Below are positions 1 through 9,775 of a stretch of 64,000 nucleotides of DNA, piece by piece; the first letter of the stretch is position 1, and each line of letters opens with the position of its first letter. The position numbers and the translations under genes are program-made. Origin of the DNA: Ralstonia pickettii (GTDB lineage: Bacteria; Pseudomonadota; Gammaproteobacteria; Burkholderiales; Burkholderiaceae); NCBI GenBank assembly GCA_050987995.1, contig CP158804.1, positions 1,030,412 through 1,094,411 on the forward strand, read 5' to 3'. The notes under the pieces are model-generated. The model made no database searches. It was not told where the DNA came from and was given only the letters and a program-made list of their open reading frames with translations.

Positions 1-381
1 GGCAGCCTTGGCGTCCTTCTTGCAGACGTCCTTTTCATTGCCCTTCTTGTCGTCGCACATTTCCTTGGCAACGTCATAGTCGCGGTCGGCCTTGGTCTTC
101 TCGGCCTTTGCCATCGACTTTTGCGTGCCGTCGCGGCGTGCTTCCGCCTGGGCCTTGGCCACGTCGCGGTCGCGCTTGGCTTCGGCCTTGCACACGTCCT
201 TGGCGTTGGCCTTCATCGCGTCACACTTGGCGGAGGCAGCCTTGTAGTCCGCGTCCGCCTGCTTCACCGCGGCGTCATAGTCCGCTTTGGATCCAGCAGT
301 CGTCGTTTGCGCCAGGGCAAAGCCCGCCGGGGCGGCCATCATCATCGAACACACTGCTGCGGTCAGCCATTTCTTCATCAT
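1..381 (-). CDS. Periplasmic Cys-containing repeat protein (partial; the gene continues beyond the left edge of the window)
   Basis: Reverse-strand translation from ATG(ATG) at 381/378 gives MMKKWLTAAVCSMMMAAPAGFALAQ, a signal peptide. It is followed by repeated D-Y-x-x-A-K/KDVCK-type units (…DYKAASAKCDAMKANAKDVCKAEAK…DRDYDVAKEMCDDKKGNEKDVCKKDAK…). A GGAG RBS sits 8 nt upstream. It is absent from the ORF track only because it runs off the window. Confidence 0.5.
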   Translation of the reverse strand, partial: MMKKWLTAAVCSMMMAAPAGFALAQTTTAGSKADYDAAVKQADADYKAASAKCDAMKANAKDVCKAEAKRDRDVAKAQAEARRDGTQKSMAKAEKTKADRDYDVAKEMCDDKKGNEKDVCKKDAKAA

Positions 382-713
382 GTCGAGCTCCTTTCCGGGT
401 GGATGCGTAAGGTACGCATGAGAGGCCGGCGGCTATGCTGCTGCTGGCCACGCCGTAAGTACAGAGTAGGTCCCGGGGAGTATGGGAAGCAGGCGAGGGG
501 CTCCGAAAGGCGCGTCAGACTATTCCGACATAACGGTTCGGGGGGCACACAGGGGCGCATGCACCTGGTTGCGGAGGGCGACGCAGGGGGCTTTCAGCGG
601 CCCATGTCTGCGATTCCAGACAGATGCCGCCACAGCGCTTTGCCCGGGGATGGAGGCGGTTCGCCGATGCAAGTGCTTCGGCAGGTGAAGCGGGGCATGG
701 CCCCCGCCTGTCA

Positions 714-3700
714 TCAAGCTGAAATCGACGGCGTCAACACGTTCTCGTCAGGCACCTCGCCCTCCTCGTCCGGCCAGTTGCGCCCCACCATCCATTCATA
801 CAGCGTCGGCAGCACGATCAGCGTCAGCACCGTGGCGGTGATCAGGCCGCCGATGATGACAATAGCCAGCGGGCGCTGCGTCTCCGAGCCGATGGCGCGC
901 GAGATCGCCATCGGGAACAGGCCCAGCATGGCCAGCAGCGCGGTCATCAGCACCGTGCGCAGCCGGTCCATCGAGCCGGTCAGCACCGTCTGGCGCACCG
1001 GCATGCCTTCGTCGCGCAGCTGGTTGAAGTAGGTCACCATCACCACGCCGTTGAGCACCGCCTGGCCGAACAGCGCGATAAAGCCGATCGCCGCCGATAC
1101 CGACAACGGGATGCCGGTCAGGAACAGCGCGAACACGCCGCCGATCAGCGCGAACGGGATGTTCGAGATGATCAGCGTGGCGCTCTTGAACGACTTGAAC
1201 GCGTTGAACAGCAGCAGGAAGATCACCAGCACCGACAGCGGCACCACGATTGCCAGCCGCGCCATGGCGCGCTCCTGGTTCTCGAACTCGCCCGACCAGC
1301 TGATCTTGACGTCGTCGGCCTTGACGTTCTTGGCCACCAGCGCCTGCATGTCCTTGACCACGCTGCCCATGTCGCGGTCGCGGATGAAGATGCCGATCGA
1401 GGTGGTGCGCTGGCCGTTCTCGCGGCTGATGTTCATCGCGCCGGAAGCGGCGCGGAAGCTCACCAGTTGCGACAGCGGCACCTGCGCCCCGTCAGCCGTC
1501 TGCATGAAGATGTTGGGCAGGTTGGGCAGCGCGCGCTCGGACGGCTTCAGGCGCACCGCCACGCTGAAGTGCTTCTCCCCTTCCCACAGCTCGGTGGCGG
1601 CCCTGCCGGCCAGCGCCGTTTCCATCAGGTCCTGCACGTCGGCCACGTTGATGCCGTAGCGCGCGGCCTGGGCGCGGTCGAACTCAAGCACGTACTGCGG
1701 CAATTCGCCGTCGCGGTCGATAAAGGCGCGCATTACGCCCTTGACCGACTGCACGTTGGCCAGGATCTGGTCGGCCACCCGCTTGTTCTGCTCGAGGCTG
1801 TCGCTCTGGACCTTGATCACGATCTGGCCCTTGATCTGCGAGATGCTCTCCAGGATGTTGTCGCGCACCGGCTGCGAGAAGTTGGGTTCGATGCCGGGGA
1901 GCTGGCGCAGGTTGCGGTCGATATCGCCGATGATGCGGCGCTTGTCGTAGCCGTCGCGCCATTGCTTCTCGGGCTTGAGGTCGACCAGGATTTCGACCGT
2001 GTTGATCAGCTTGGGATCGGTGCCGTCGTCGGGACGGCCCACCTTGGAGATGGTGGTGTTGACCTCCGGCGTCTTGCGGATCACGCCGCGCAACAGCCGC
2101 GCCTGCTCGCGCGCCTCGTCGATCGAGACCGAGGCCGGCAGGTCGAAGCTGACCCACATCGAGCCTTCGTCCAGCTCCGGCAGGAATTCACTGCCGAGGA
2201 ACTTGCCCACGCCCACGGTCGCCACCAGCAAACCCACCGCCACGCCGATCACCAGCTTCTTGTGGTCGAGCGCCCACGCCAGCATCGGCTCGTACACCTT
2301 CTTGCAGTAGCGCACCACGAAGTTGTCGTCATGCGCGATGTTCTTCTTCAGCAGCAGGTGGCACAGCAGCGGCACCACCGTCAGCGAGATGATCAGCGAG
2401 CCGATCAGCGCGCCCGTCACGGTATAGGCCATCGGCGCGAAGATCTTCCCTTCGTGCCGCTGCAGCGTGAAGATCGGGACGTGCGCAGCGATGATAATGA
2501 CCATCGAGAACACGGTCGGCCGGCCCACTTCGGTGGTGGCCAGCAGGATCGCATGCAGCCGCGCCCGGCTGTCCTGGATCTGCTGTTCCTTGAGCTCGCC
2601 CAGCCGCTTGAAGATGTTCTCGACCACGATCACCGCGCCGTCGACGATGATACCGAAGTCCATCGCGCCAAGAGACAGCAGGTTGGCGGGGATGCCGACC
2701 CAGGTCAGGCCGATGAAGGTCGACAGCAGCGCCAGCGGGATCACCAGCGCCACGATCGCCGCGGCACGCACGTTGGCCAGGAACAGGTACAGCACCGCCA
2801 TCACCAGCAGCGCGCCCTCGACCAGGTTGCCGAACACCGTGTGCAGGGTCTTGTCGATCAGCGTGGAGCGGTCGTAGTACGGCACGATCTTCACGCCCTT
2901 GGGCAGGATCTGGTCGTCCAGCAGCTCGATCTTCTTCTTAAGCGCTTCCAGCACCAGCGACGGGTTCTCGCCCTTGCGCATCACCACGATGCCCGAGACG
3001 ATGTTGTCCTCGTCGTCCTGCCCCATCATGCCCTGCGGCGGCGCGCTGCCGATCCGGACGTCGGCGATGTCCTTGACCAGGATCGGGGTGCCGTTGTTCT
3101 CCGCCACTACCACGTTGGCGATATCGGCCGAGGTGCGGAAGCTGCCCAGCGAGCGCAGCAGGAACTGCTGGCGCCCGTGCGTCACGGCGCCGCCGCCGGC
3201 GTTGGCGTTGGCGCGCTGCAGCGCGGTAAAGAGCTGCGACAGCGAGATCTTGGCGTCGCGCATGCGCGCCAGGTTGGGATTGACCTCGTACTGCTTGATG
3301 GTGCCGCCGATGGTGACCAGGTCGGCAATGCCAGGCACCTGGCGCAGGTTCTTCTCGACCACCCAGTCCTGCAGCGTGCGCAGTTCCTGCGGCGTATAAC
3401 CCTTGCCGGTCAGCCGGAAGCGGAAGATCTCGCCGATCGCGGTGGACAGCGGCGCCAGGTCGGGATGCACGCCCTCAGGCAGGTCCACGCTGCGCAGGCG
3501 CTCCAGGATCTGCTGGCGCGCGGTCACGTCGGTGGCCTTGTCGTTGAAGGTCACCATCATGAACGACAGGCCGAACTGCGTATGCGAGAACACGCGCACG
3601 GCGTTGGGCGTGCCTGCCAGCGCGGTTTCAATCGGGATGGTTACCTGGCGCTCCACCTCTTCGGCGGCGCGGCCCGGGTACAGCGTGATGACGTTGACCT

Positions 3701-3836
3701 GGATGTCGGAGACGTCGGGGAAGGCCTCGATGGGCAGGTTCTTGAAGGCGGCCAGGCCGCCGCCGACGAAGATAAGCAACCCCAGCCAGACAAAGAGCTT
3801 CTGGTGCAGGGCAAAGCTGACGATGCGCGAGATCAT
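714..3836 (-). CDS. Heavy-metal efflux RND permease (CusA/CzcA HME-RND family)
   Basis: About 1040 aa with 12 predicted TM segments. N-terminus MISRIVSFALHQKLFVWLGLLIF…LPIEAFPDVSDIQVNVIT and overall collinearity match CzcA/CnrA/CusA transporters. The start was chosen at the internal ATG at 3836 (ISRIV…) so that it lies just after the MFP stop. Confidence 0.9.
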   Translation of the reverse strand: MISRIVSFALHQKLFVWLGLLIFVGGGLAAFKNLPIEAFPDVSDIQVNVITLYPGRAAEEVERQVTIPIETALAGTPNAVRVFSHTQFGLSFMMVTFNDKATDVTARQQILERLRSVDLPEGVHPDLAPLSTAIGEIFRFRLTGKGYTPQELRTLQDWVVEKNLRQVPGIADLVTIGGTIKQYEVNPNLARMRDAKISLSQLFTALQRANANAGGGAVTHGRQQFLLRSLGSFRTSADIANVVVAENNGTPILVKDIADVRIGSAPPQGMMGQDDEDNIVSGIVVMRKGENPSLVLEALKKKIELLDDQILPKGVKIVPYYDRSTLIDKTLHTVFGNLVEGALLVMAVLYLFLANVRAAAIVALVIPLALLSTFIGLTWVGIPANLLSLGAMDFGIIVDGAVIVVENIFKRLGELKEQQIQDSRARLHAILLATTEVGRPTVFSMVIIIAAHVPIFTLQRHEGKIFAPMAYTVTGALIGSLIISLTVVPLLCHLLLKKNIAHDDNFVVRYCKKVYEPMLAWALDHKKLVIGVAVGLLVATVGVGKFLGSEFLPELDEGSMWVSFDLPASVSIDEAREQARLLRGVIRKTPEVNTTISKVGRPDDGTDPKLINTVEILVDLKPEKQWRDGYDKRRIIGDIDRNLRQLPGIEPNFSQPVRDNILESISQIKGQIVIKVQSDSLEQNKRVADQILANVQSVKGVMRAFIDRDGELPQYVLEFDRAQAARYGINVADVQDLMETALAGRAATELWEGEKHFSVAVRLKPSERALPNLPNIFMQTADGAQVPLSQLVSFRAASGAMNISRENGQRTTSIGIFIRDRDMGSVVKDMQALVAKNVKADDVKISWSGEFENQERAMARLAIVVPLSVLVIFLLLFNAFKSFKSATLIISNIPFALIGGVFALFLTGIPLSVSAAIGFIALFGQAVLNGVVMVTYFNQLRDEGMPVRQTVLTGSMDRLRTVLMTALLAMLGLFPMAISRAIGSETQRPLAIVIIGGLITATVLTLIVLPTLYEWMVGRNWPDEEGEVPDENVLTPSISA

Positions 3837-3849
3837 GTGGCGGCCGTCC

Positions 3850-5076
3850 TCACTTCTTCTCGGCCGCGCGCGCCGCGTTGACGGCGGTGGCATCGCGCAG
3901 GATGTCCTGCAGGTAGAGATTGCCTTCGGTGACCACGGTCTCGCCGTCCTTCACGCCTTCCAGGATCTCGCTGGTGCCGGGCATGGTCACGCCCACGCTC
4001 ACCTGGCGGCGCTCGAAGCTGTTGGCGGCGGTGCGCACGAACACGTAGTTGCGGTTGTCGGCCAGGAACACGGCCTTGGACGGCACCGAGATGCCCTTGA
4101 ACGACGCCGCCGGCAGCTTCGCGGTGACGAACATCTCGGCCTTGAGGCGGCGGTCGGGATTGGGCACTGCCAGGCGCACCTTGATGCTGCGCGCGGTCGG
4201 GTCGACATAGTCGGCGATCTTGACCACGGTGCCGGCAAAGGTTTCGCCGGGATAGGCGGCGGTGCTGAGCTGCACGCTGACGCCGGGCTTGAACAGGCTC
4301 AGGTCGGCTTCGCTGGCATCGACCTGGGCCCATAGCGTGGTGGGATCGGTCACCAGGAACAGCGGCGCGGCGGGCTGCTGGTCGGGGCGCAGTTCCATGC
4401 CGGGATTGATATTGCGCTCCACCACCAGGCCGTCGATGGGGCTGCGCAGCGCGAAGCGCTGGTTGACGCCGTCGCTTCCCGCTCCAGCGCCGTACTGGCG
4501 CAGCGCCGCCTGGGTGCGCTGCAGGTCGGCCGCGGCGCGCGCGGCGTCGGCCTGGGCCTGCTCCAGTTCCTTCTGCGCGATGATGCCGGCGCCATAGAGC
4601 TCGCGCTGGCGCGCCAGCGCCTTGGCTGCCACCGCGCTGTCGGCGGTGGCCTTGCGCGCATCGGCCTGGGCCACGCCGAAGTCGGGCGAGGTCAGGCTGG
4701 CCAATGGCTGGCCGGCCTTCACCGTCGCGCCTGGCTGCACCAGGATCTCGGTCACGCGTCCGGCAAAGGGCGTGGACACGCGCACGGTCTTGTCCTCGTT
4801 CCAGACCAGCCGGCCCGGCAGGTTCAGCATACGCTCGCCGCCGGTCTTGGCCACTTCGCCGGCGATGCCGGGCAGCGTCTTCACGGTGGCAGGGAACTGG
4901 ATGGTGTTGCCGGTGATCTTGGGCTCGTCATCGGGCTTGGGCGCTTCGGACTTGCCGCAGGCGGCCAGGGCCAGTGCGCACAGGGACACGGCACAGAGGG
5001 CGGAACGGCGGGCGGACAAGCCGGCGAGGAAGCCGAAGAAGCGTGGGCAGCAGGACATGCTAGACAGGAGAGACAT
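3850..5076 (-). CDS. Efflux RND periplasmic adaptor (membrane fusion protein, CzcB/CusB-like)
   Basis: Lipoprotein-like N-terminus (…LALAACGKSE). Coiled-coil and beta-barrel MFP architecture. It lies directly upstream of the RND pump on the same strand. Confidence 0.85.
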   Translation of the reverse strand: MSLLSSMSCCPRFFGFLAGLSARRSALCAVSLCALALAACGKSEAPKPDDEPKITGNTIQFPATVKTLPGIAGEVAKTGGERMLNLPGRLVWNEDKTVRVSTPFAGRVTEILVQPGATVKAGQPLASLTSPDFGVAQADARKATADSAVAAKALARQRELYGAGIIAQKELEQAQADAARAAADLQRTQAALRQYGAGAGSDGVNQRFALRSPIDGLVVERNINPGMELRPDQQPAAPLFLVTDPTTLWAQVDASEADLSLFKPGVSVQLSTAAYPGETFAGTVVKIADYVDPTARSIKVRLAVPNPDRRLKAEMFVTAKLPAASFKGISVPSKAVFLADNRNYVFVRTAANSFERRQVSVGVTMPGTSEILEGVKDGETVVTEGNLYLQDILRDATAVNAARAAEKK

Positions 5077-5111
5077 GAAGGAAGCGCGGCAACTGCGGTT
5101 TCTGGAGCGGT

Positions 5112-6542
5112 TCAGGGACGTGCCTGCGAGGTCGTCGCGGCGCCGGCAGTGGTAGAGGTCTGCAGCGCGGCGCGGTAGGCCGACAGCGCCTTGGCGTAAT
5201 CGCCCTGCGCTTCGACGGCGTCGAGCCGGGTCTGACGCAGCGCGCGGCGTGCATCGAGCAGGTCGAGCACGCCGGTGGCGCCCTTGCTGTAAGCGAACTC
5301 GGCGCTGCCGGCTACGCTCTCGGCGGCGGGCAGCACGTCCTCGCGCATCTGCCGCAGCGACTGGCGCGCGGTCTCGAGCTGGCTGCGCAGCCGGTCGATT
5401 TCGTTGCCGGCTTCGAGCAGCACGCGGTTGCGGTCGTCGAGCGCGGCGTAGTAGTCGACCTCGGCGCGGCGGGCCTCGCCGCCGTTGCTGTGGCGCACCG
5501 GCAGCGGGATCGACAGGAACACGCCGAAGCTGTTGCCGGTGCCGTAAGTATTGGTGGCGGAGACAGGATAGTGCTCGGCCTGTGCGCCCACCGTCACGTC
5601 GGGCACGCGTCCGGCGCGAGCCAGGTCACGCGCGGAGGCGGCGGCAGCCAGGCGCGCCTCGGCGGCGGTCACGTCGGGGCGGCGCTGCAGCGTATCGGGA
5701 TCGGCCTGGGGCACCGGCGTGTCCAGCGGCGGCCAGTCGGGCACGAGGCGGTTATCCGCCAGCGTGCCGGGCACGCCCATCGCCTGCGCCAGTTGCGCCT
5801 TGTCGCGGTAGTGGTCGGTCATGGCCTGGCGCATGTCGTTCTGCGCACGCAGCCCGTCGAGCTGCAGCTTGGTCACGTCGGCGCGCGCCACGTCGCCCGC
5901 CTTGAGCCGCGACTCACTGGCCTGGCGCGTGCGCTCGTAGAGCCCCAGCGTTTCCCTGAGCACGGCCACGCGCTCCTGGCTGACCAGGGCCTCAAAGAAG
6001 GCCTGCTCCACTGCGCCGGTCTGCTGTGCCACCACGGCCTGCACTACCTCGCCGGCCGCGGCGCTGGCCTTGCGTGCGGTATCCACGCGCAGGCCGCCCT
6101 TGTTGGCGGTCTCGATCACCTGGTCGACACGCAGCTTGGAATCGACCGTCTTGCTGCGCAGGTTGCCCGAGCCGACGCCGGCATGCGGGTTGATGTTCTC
6201 CACGCCCAGGCTGAGCACCGGGTTGGGCCGTTGCGAGGCGATCTGCACATCCGCCTGGCTGGCTTCGACGCCGCGGCGCGCGGCGATGATGTCGCGGTTG
6301 CAGCGCAGCGCGTCCAGGCGCGCCTGTGCCAGCGTCAGCGCGGCGCCGGCCGGCGGGGGCACGCAGGGCCCGGCGGCATCGGCGGAATCCACATAAACGA
6401 CGGGAGCAGCGGGAGCAGCGGAGGCCGCAGAAGCACCGGAAGCGGTGGCAGGCGGCGGCTCGGCGGCGCCGGCCGCGGGGCTGGTCAGGACCCCGGTCAC
6501 AAGCAGGGCCCCCACGGCGGCACGGGTGAAGACAAAAGGCAC
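5112..6542 (-). CDS. Outer-membrane efflux factor (CzcC/TolC family)
   Basis: 476 aa with a signal peptide and OMF duplicated-repeat architecture. It is the first gene of the C-B-A operon. Confidence 0.85.
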   Translation of the reverse strand: MPFVFTRAAVGALLVTGVLTSPAAGAAEPPPATASGASAASAAPAAPVVYVDSADAAGPCVPPPAGAALTLAQARLDALRCNRDIIAARRGVEASQADVQIASQRPNPVLSLGVENINPHAGVGSGNLRSKTVDSKLRVDQVIETANKGGLRVDTARKASAAAGEVVQAVVAQQTGAVEQAFFEALVSQERVAVLRETLGLYERTRQASESRLKAGDVARADVTKLQLDGLRAQNDMRQAMTDHYRDKAQLAQAMGVPGTLADNRLVPDWPPLDTPVPQADPDTLQRRPDVTAAEARLAAAASARDLARAGRVPDVTVGAQAEHYPVSATNTYGTGNSFGVFLSIPLPVRHSNGGEARRAEVDYYAALDDRNRVLLEAGNEIDRLRSQLETARQSLRQMREDVLPAAESVAGSAEFAYSKGATGVLDLLDARRALRQTRLDAVEAQGDYAKALSAYRAALQTSTTAGAATTSQARP

Positions 6543-6745
6543 GGTCAGTCAGGCTCGGTTCGAGTACGGTCTGCGGTAAACGACCGTGCCCGCCGAACGG
6601 TGCACCGGACCGATGAAATTCATCCGTCCGTGCACCCGCCACTGCGGTCGCAAAGCGGAGCTGTCTTGGTGCGCCCTCGCCTGCTGTCCCGATGCATGAA
6701 ATGCCATCCGGACACGATCTCCCGGCCGCATTCAAACCGAATCGC

Positions 6746-6774
6746 ATTACAAACGGCTTTCATATAGCTGACAA
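6746..6774 (-). promoter_or_regulatory. Candidate sigma70 promoter for the HME-RND operon (TTGTCA-N17-TGTAAT on the minus strand)
   Basis: The reverse complement of 6746-6774 reads TTGTCA gctatatgaaagccgtt TGTAAT. It sits in the only AT-richer stretch between the acyl-CoA dehydrogenase stop and the czcC-like start. Confidence 0.25.
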
Positions 6775-6889
6775 AAGCCTTTAAATACGTGAAAACCCCA
6801 TGTAATCGCAAAGTTCCGGAAAACGACTACCTGCGGCGAAGGGGATTCCCTACGTAGCCTTCGGAAACCTCCTAGGCGCCTACCCTGCC

Positions 6890-8047
6890 TTACGCTTTGG
6901 TGCGGTCGTCCAGCCCGAGGCTGCGGCCGATGATCTCCTTCATGATCTCGCTGCTGCCGGCGTAGATTCGCGAGATCCGGGCATCGGTGTACATGCGGCA
7001 GATGCGGTACTCCTCCATATAGCCGGCGCCCCCGTGCAGCTGCACACCCTCGTCCACCACCCGCCCCTGCAGCTCAGAAGTCAGCAGCTTGGCCGAGGCC
7101 GCGGTCTCCACCGTCAGCGTGCCGGCGTTGTGCTGCAGCACGCACTGGTCGACAAAGGTCTGCAACGCATCGAGCTGCGCGCGCAGGTCCGCCAGCTTGA
7201 AGCGCGAGTTCTGGAAGGTGCCGATGGCACGGCCGAAGGCCTTGCGTTCCTTCACGTAGTCCAGCGTGATATCGAACGCCACCTGCGCCGATGCCATGTA
7301 GCCGCAGGCGCCGATCAGCCGCTCCTCGGCCAGGTGGCGCGTCAGGTAGCGGAAGCCCTGGCCCGGCTCACCCAGCACGTTGGCCCTGGGCACCTTGACG
7401 TTGTCGAAGAACAGCTCCGAAGTGTCCTGCGAATGCAGGCCCATCTTGCGCAGCTTGCGCCCGCGCTCGAAGCCGGGCATGCCGCGCTCGACGATTAAAA
7501 GGCCCAGGCCGTGGCTGCGCTCGGGATCGGTGCGGGCGACCACCACCACGTAGTCGGCCAGCTGGCCGTTTGAGATATAGGTCTTGGCGCCGTTGAGCAC
7601 CCAGTGGTCGCCTTTATCGTCCGCGCGCGTGCGGATCCCGGCCAGGTCCGAACCGGTCTGCGGCTCGGTCATGGCGATGGCAAAGATCGCCTCGCCGCGC
7701 GCGGCCGCCGGCAGGAAACGCAGACGCTGCTCCTCGTTGCCGATGCGCCCGACATACGGCGCCACCAGCCGCGAGTGCAGCGTGCTGAAGAAGCCCGAAT
7801 CGCCATGGCGCGCGTTCTCCTCGATCAGGATCTGCTCGTAGCGGAAGTCCTCGACGCCGGCGCCGCCGTATTTCTCGTCGGCCCACATCAGCAGGTACCC
7901 TTGCTCGCCCGCCTTGCGGAACACCTCGCGGTCCACGCAGCCCTGCTCGCGCCAGCGTTCGCCGTGCGGGGCCACCTCGCGCTGGTAGAAGCGGCGGGCG
8001 GATTCGCGGAAGGCGTCGTGTTCGGCTTCGAAGATCAGGCGTTGCAT
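6890..8047 (-). CDS. Acyl-CoA dehydrogenase
   Basis: 385 aa with typical ACAD N-terminal, middle and C-terminal domains (…GSDLAGIRTRA…, …YAGSSEI…). Confidence 0.9.
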   Translation of the reverse strand: MQRLIFEAEHDAFRESARRFYQREVAPHGERWREQGCVDREVFRKAGEQGYLLMWADEKYGGAGVEDFRYEQILIEENARHGDSGFFSTLHSRLVAPYVGRIGNEEQRLRFLPAAARGEAIFAIAMTEPQTGSDLAGIRTRADDKGDHWVLNGAKTYISNGQLADYVVVVARTDPERSHGLGLLIVERGMPGFERGRKLRKMGLHSQDTSELFFDNVKVPRANVLGEPGQGFRYLTRHLAEERLIGACGYMASAQVAFDITLDYVKERKAFGRAIGTFQNSRFKLADLRAQLDALQTFVDQCVLQHNAGTLTVETAASAKLLTSELQGRVVDEGVQLHGGAGYMEEYRICRMYTDARISRIYAGSSEIMKEIIGRSLGLDDRTKA

Positions 8048-8280
8048 GGCGGGTCTCCTTGGTCTGGTGTTCGGGTCGGATGAGTGTCCGCCGGGCCGCG
8101 TCCATCAGATTCGTCGGAAAGGATGATTTTTCCATCACACCCAAAATGGACGGAGCTGCCGGGAAAGCCCGTTCAGTGCAATCATATTGATATTAATTAG
8201 CGATAACTTTCATTTACCGCCGGGCATGCTTCGTGCACATACTGAATCCACAGACACACGATTCGACGAGGGAGCGGGCA

Positions 8281-8520
8281 ATGGAAGTCATTCTCTGGAT
8301 TGCACTGGCGCTGGCACTGATCGCGCTCGGAGGAACCGTCACATGGTTGATCGGGACGCTGGTGCCGGAACCGGTCTTCGAGCGTGCGCAAAAGCATGGC
8401 CGCTTTGCCGGGCTCGAGCCGCGCCCGCCGCGCCGCGGTGGCCGGGGCCGGCGCGTGCGGCAATGGCGCCTGGTGGCCGTGCCCGGGCCCAGGGGGCAAC
8501 TGGTGCCAGTGCGGGCCTGA
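8281..8520 (+). CDS. Small hypothetical membrane protein
   Basis: MEVILWIALALALIALGGTVTWLIGTL… gives a single TM helix. A GAGGGAG RBS lies 6 nt upstream of the ATG at 8281. It fills the gap between two minus-strand genes. Confidence 0.3.
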   Translation: MEVILWIALALALIALGGTVTWLIGTLVPEPVFERAQKHGRFAGLEPRPPRRGGRGRRVRQWRLVAVPGPRGQLVPVRA

Positions 8521-8546
8521 GGCCGGCGGCCCTCATACTTCGAAAG

Positions 8547-9407
8547 CTACTGCGGGAAATCCCAGCGCTGAGACCAGTCGGATTCTTCGCGCACGATGTC
8601 GTGCAGGATGCGTACAGCATCCTGCGCCGGGCCCGTGGGGGTCGTGGCGCAGACGAGAAATACCGGATAGGAAAATTCGGACGCATCCTCCACGCGCGCC
8701 AGCACCCCGCTGTCCAGGTAGCTCTGCACCACGCGCGTCCGGAAATATCCGCTGCCGCCGAACTGCAGGATGTACTGCAGCGCCAGCGGTCCCAGGTTGA
8801 AGTACAGCGACGCGCGCGCATGCTCCGGCAGCACGCTGTCATGCTGGCGGCGGAACTCCGGTCCCCAGTCGACATAGACATAGCCGCCGTCGCGCTGCGT
8901 CGAGCGGATCAGGATCAGCTTCTCTTCCATCAGCGCCTCGACGTGCATGCCGGGTGCGTACTCCGGCTGGTAGACCAGCGCGGCGTCCAGCGTGCCTGAC
9001 TGAAGCTTGCGCTGCAGCGCCTCCCCTTCCCCCACTTCCGCACGCACCGCCTGCGCCGGCATCTGCTGGCGCAGGCGCGTGGTCCACAGCAGCACCAGCG
9101 GATTGCCCAGGCTGATCTCGGCGCCGAAGCGGAACAGGCTGGCCAGCCCGGCTGGCAGCGGCAGTTCGCGGCAGGCCGCTTCCCAGGTCTGCACCAGCTG
9201 GCTGGCGTAGCCAAGGAAGCGCTGCCCGTCGGGCGTCAGGCGTGCTCCGGCCTTGTTGCGGTCAAACAGACGGCAGTTGAGCTGCGACTCCAGGCTCTTG
9301 AGGCGGGCGGTTACTGCGGTCTGGGTGACATGCAGCTTATCAGCCGCCGCGAGCAGGCTGCCGCTGCGCACGACCTGCAGGAAAGTGCGGGCGAGTTCTA
9401 TGTCCAT
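8547..9407 (-). CDS. LysR-family transcriptional regulator
   Basis: The start was taken at MDIELARTFLQVVRSGSLLAAADKLHVTQTAVTARLKSLE, the LysR HTH. A C-terminal substrate-binding domain follows. Confidence 0.85.
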   Translation of the reverse strand: MDIELARTFLQVVRSGSLLAAADKLHVTQTAVTARLKSLESQLNCRLFDRNKAGARLTPDGQRFLGYASQLVQTWEAACRELPLPAGLASLFRFGAEISLGNPLVLLWTTRLRQQMPAQAVRAEVGEGEALQRKLQSGTLDAALVYQPEYAPGMHVEALMEEKLILIRSTQRDGGYVYVDWGPEFRRQHDSVLPEHARASLYFNLGPLALQYILQFGGSGYFRTRVVQSYLDSGVLARVEDASEFSYPVFLVCATTPTGPAQDAVRILHDIVREESDWSQRWDFPQ

Positions 9408-9538
9408 GGGTACTGCGAAGATTGGCCGGTGTGACGAATTGTAGGCACCAAAAATCGTGAAACGGCTGTACACACACGGATGTACTTGCGATGGAATGGT
9501 GCTATGCTCGTACCTACAGGATGTACATGGAAACCATA

Positions 9539-9775
9539 ATGCCTTTCACCCGGCTCTTCCGCAATGGCAACTCTCAGGCGGTTCGCATTCCCGCCGAGCT
9601 CGCCTACCCCGACACCGACATGCCACTGGAAATCGAACGTATCGGTGACGAACTGCGAATTCGACCGGCGCGCCGGCGCTTGACGGGGCTGCTCGACGCC
9701 TTCGCGGCTTTCCCGGACGACTTCATGGCGCATGGCCGTGACGACCAGACGCAGGCAGAGCGGGAGGGCTTCTGA
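9539..9775 (+). CDS. vapB: VapB antitoxin (AbrB/SpoVT-type)
   Basis: MPFTRLFRNGNSQAVRIPAELAY… is the classic swapped-hairpin antitoxin motif. Its stop overlaps the vapC start (ATGA). Confidence 0.8.
   Translation: MPFTRLFRNGNSQAVRIPAELAYPDTDMPLEIERIGDELRIRPARRRLTGLLDAFAAFPDDFMAHGRDDQTQAEREGF

Noticed and set aside
1467-3881. 804-aa plus-strand ORF antisense to the RND pump gene, and many similar long antisense ORFs (19080-21893, 22017-23567, 24335-25798, 28077-29150, 29357-30796, 31404-32618, 32618-33922, 40197-41252, 42612-43628, 54445-55713, 56016-57563, 58280-59314, 60505-61914)
   Set aside because: They are Arg/Ala/Gly/His-rich, low-complexity translations, typical of stop-codon-poor antisense frames in 66% GC DNA. 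Each is fully contained in a well-supported gene on the other strand.
6549-6811. Small ORFs (60-63 aa) between the czcC-like start and the acyl-CoA dehydrogenase stop as possible czcI/czcN-like regulators
   Set aside because: The translations are Arg-rich with no signal peptide or recognisable motif, and there is no RBS. They are most likely non-coding promoter or leader sequence.
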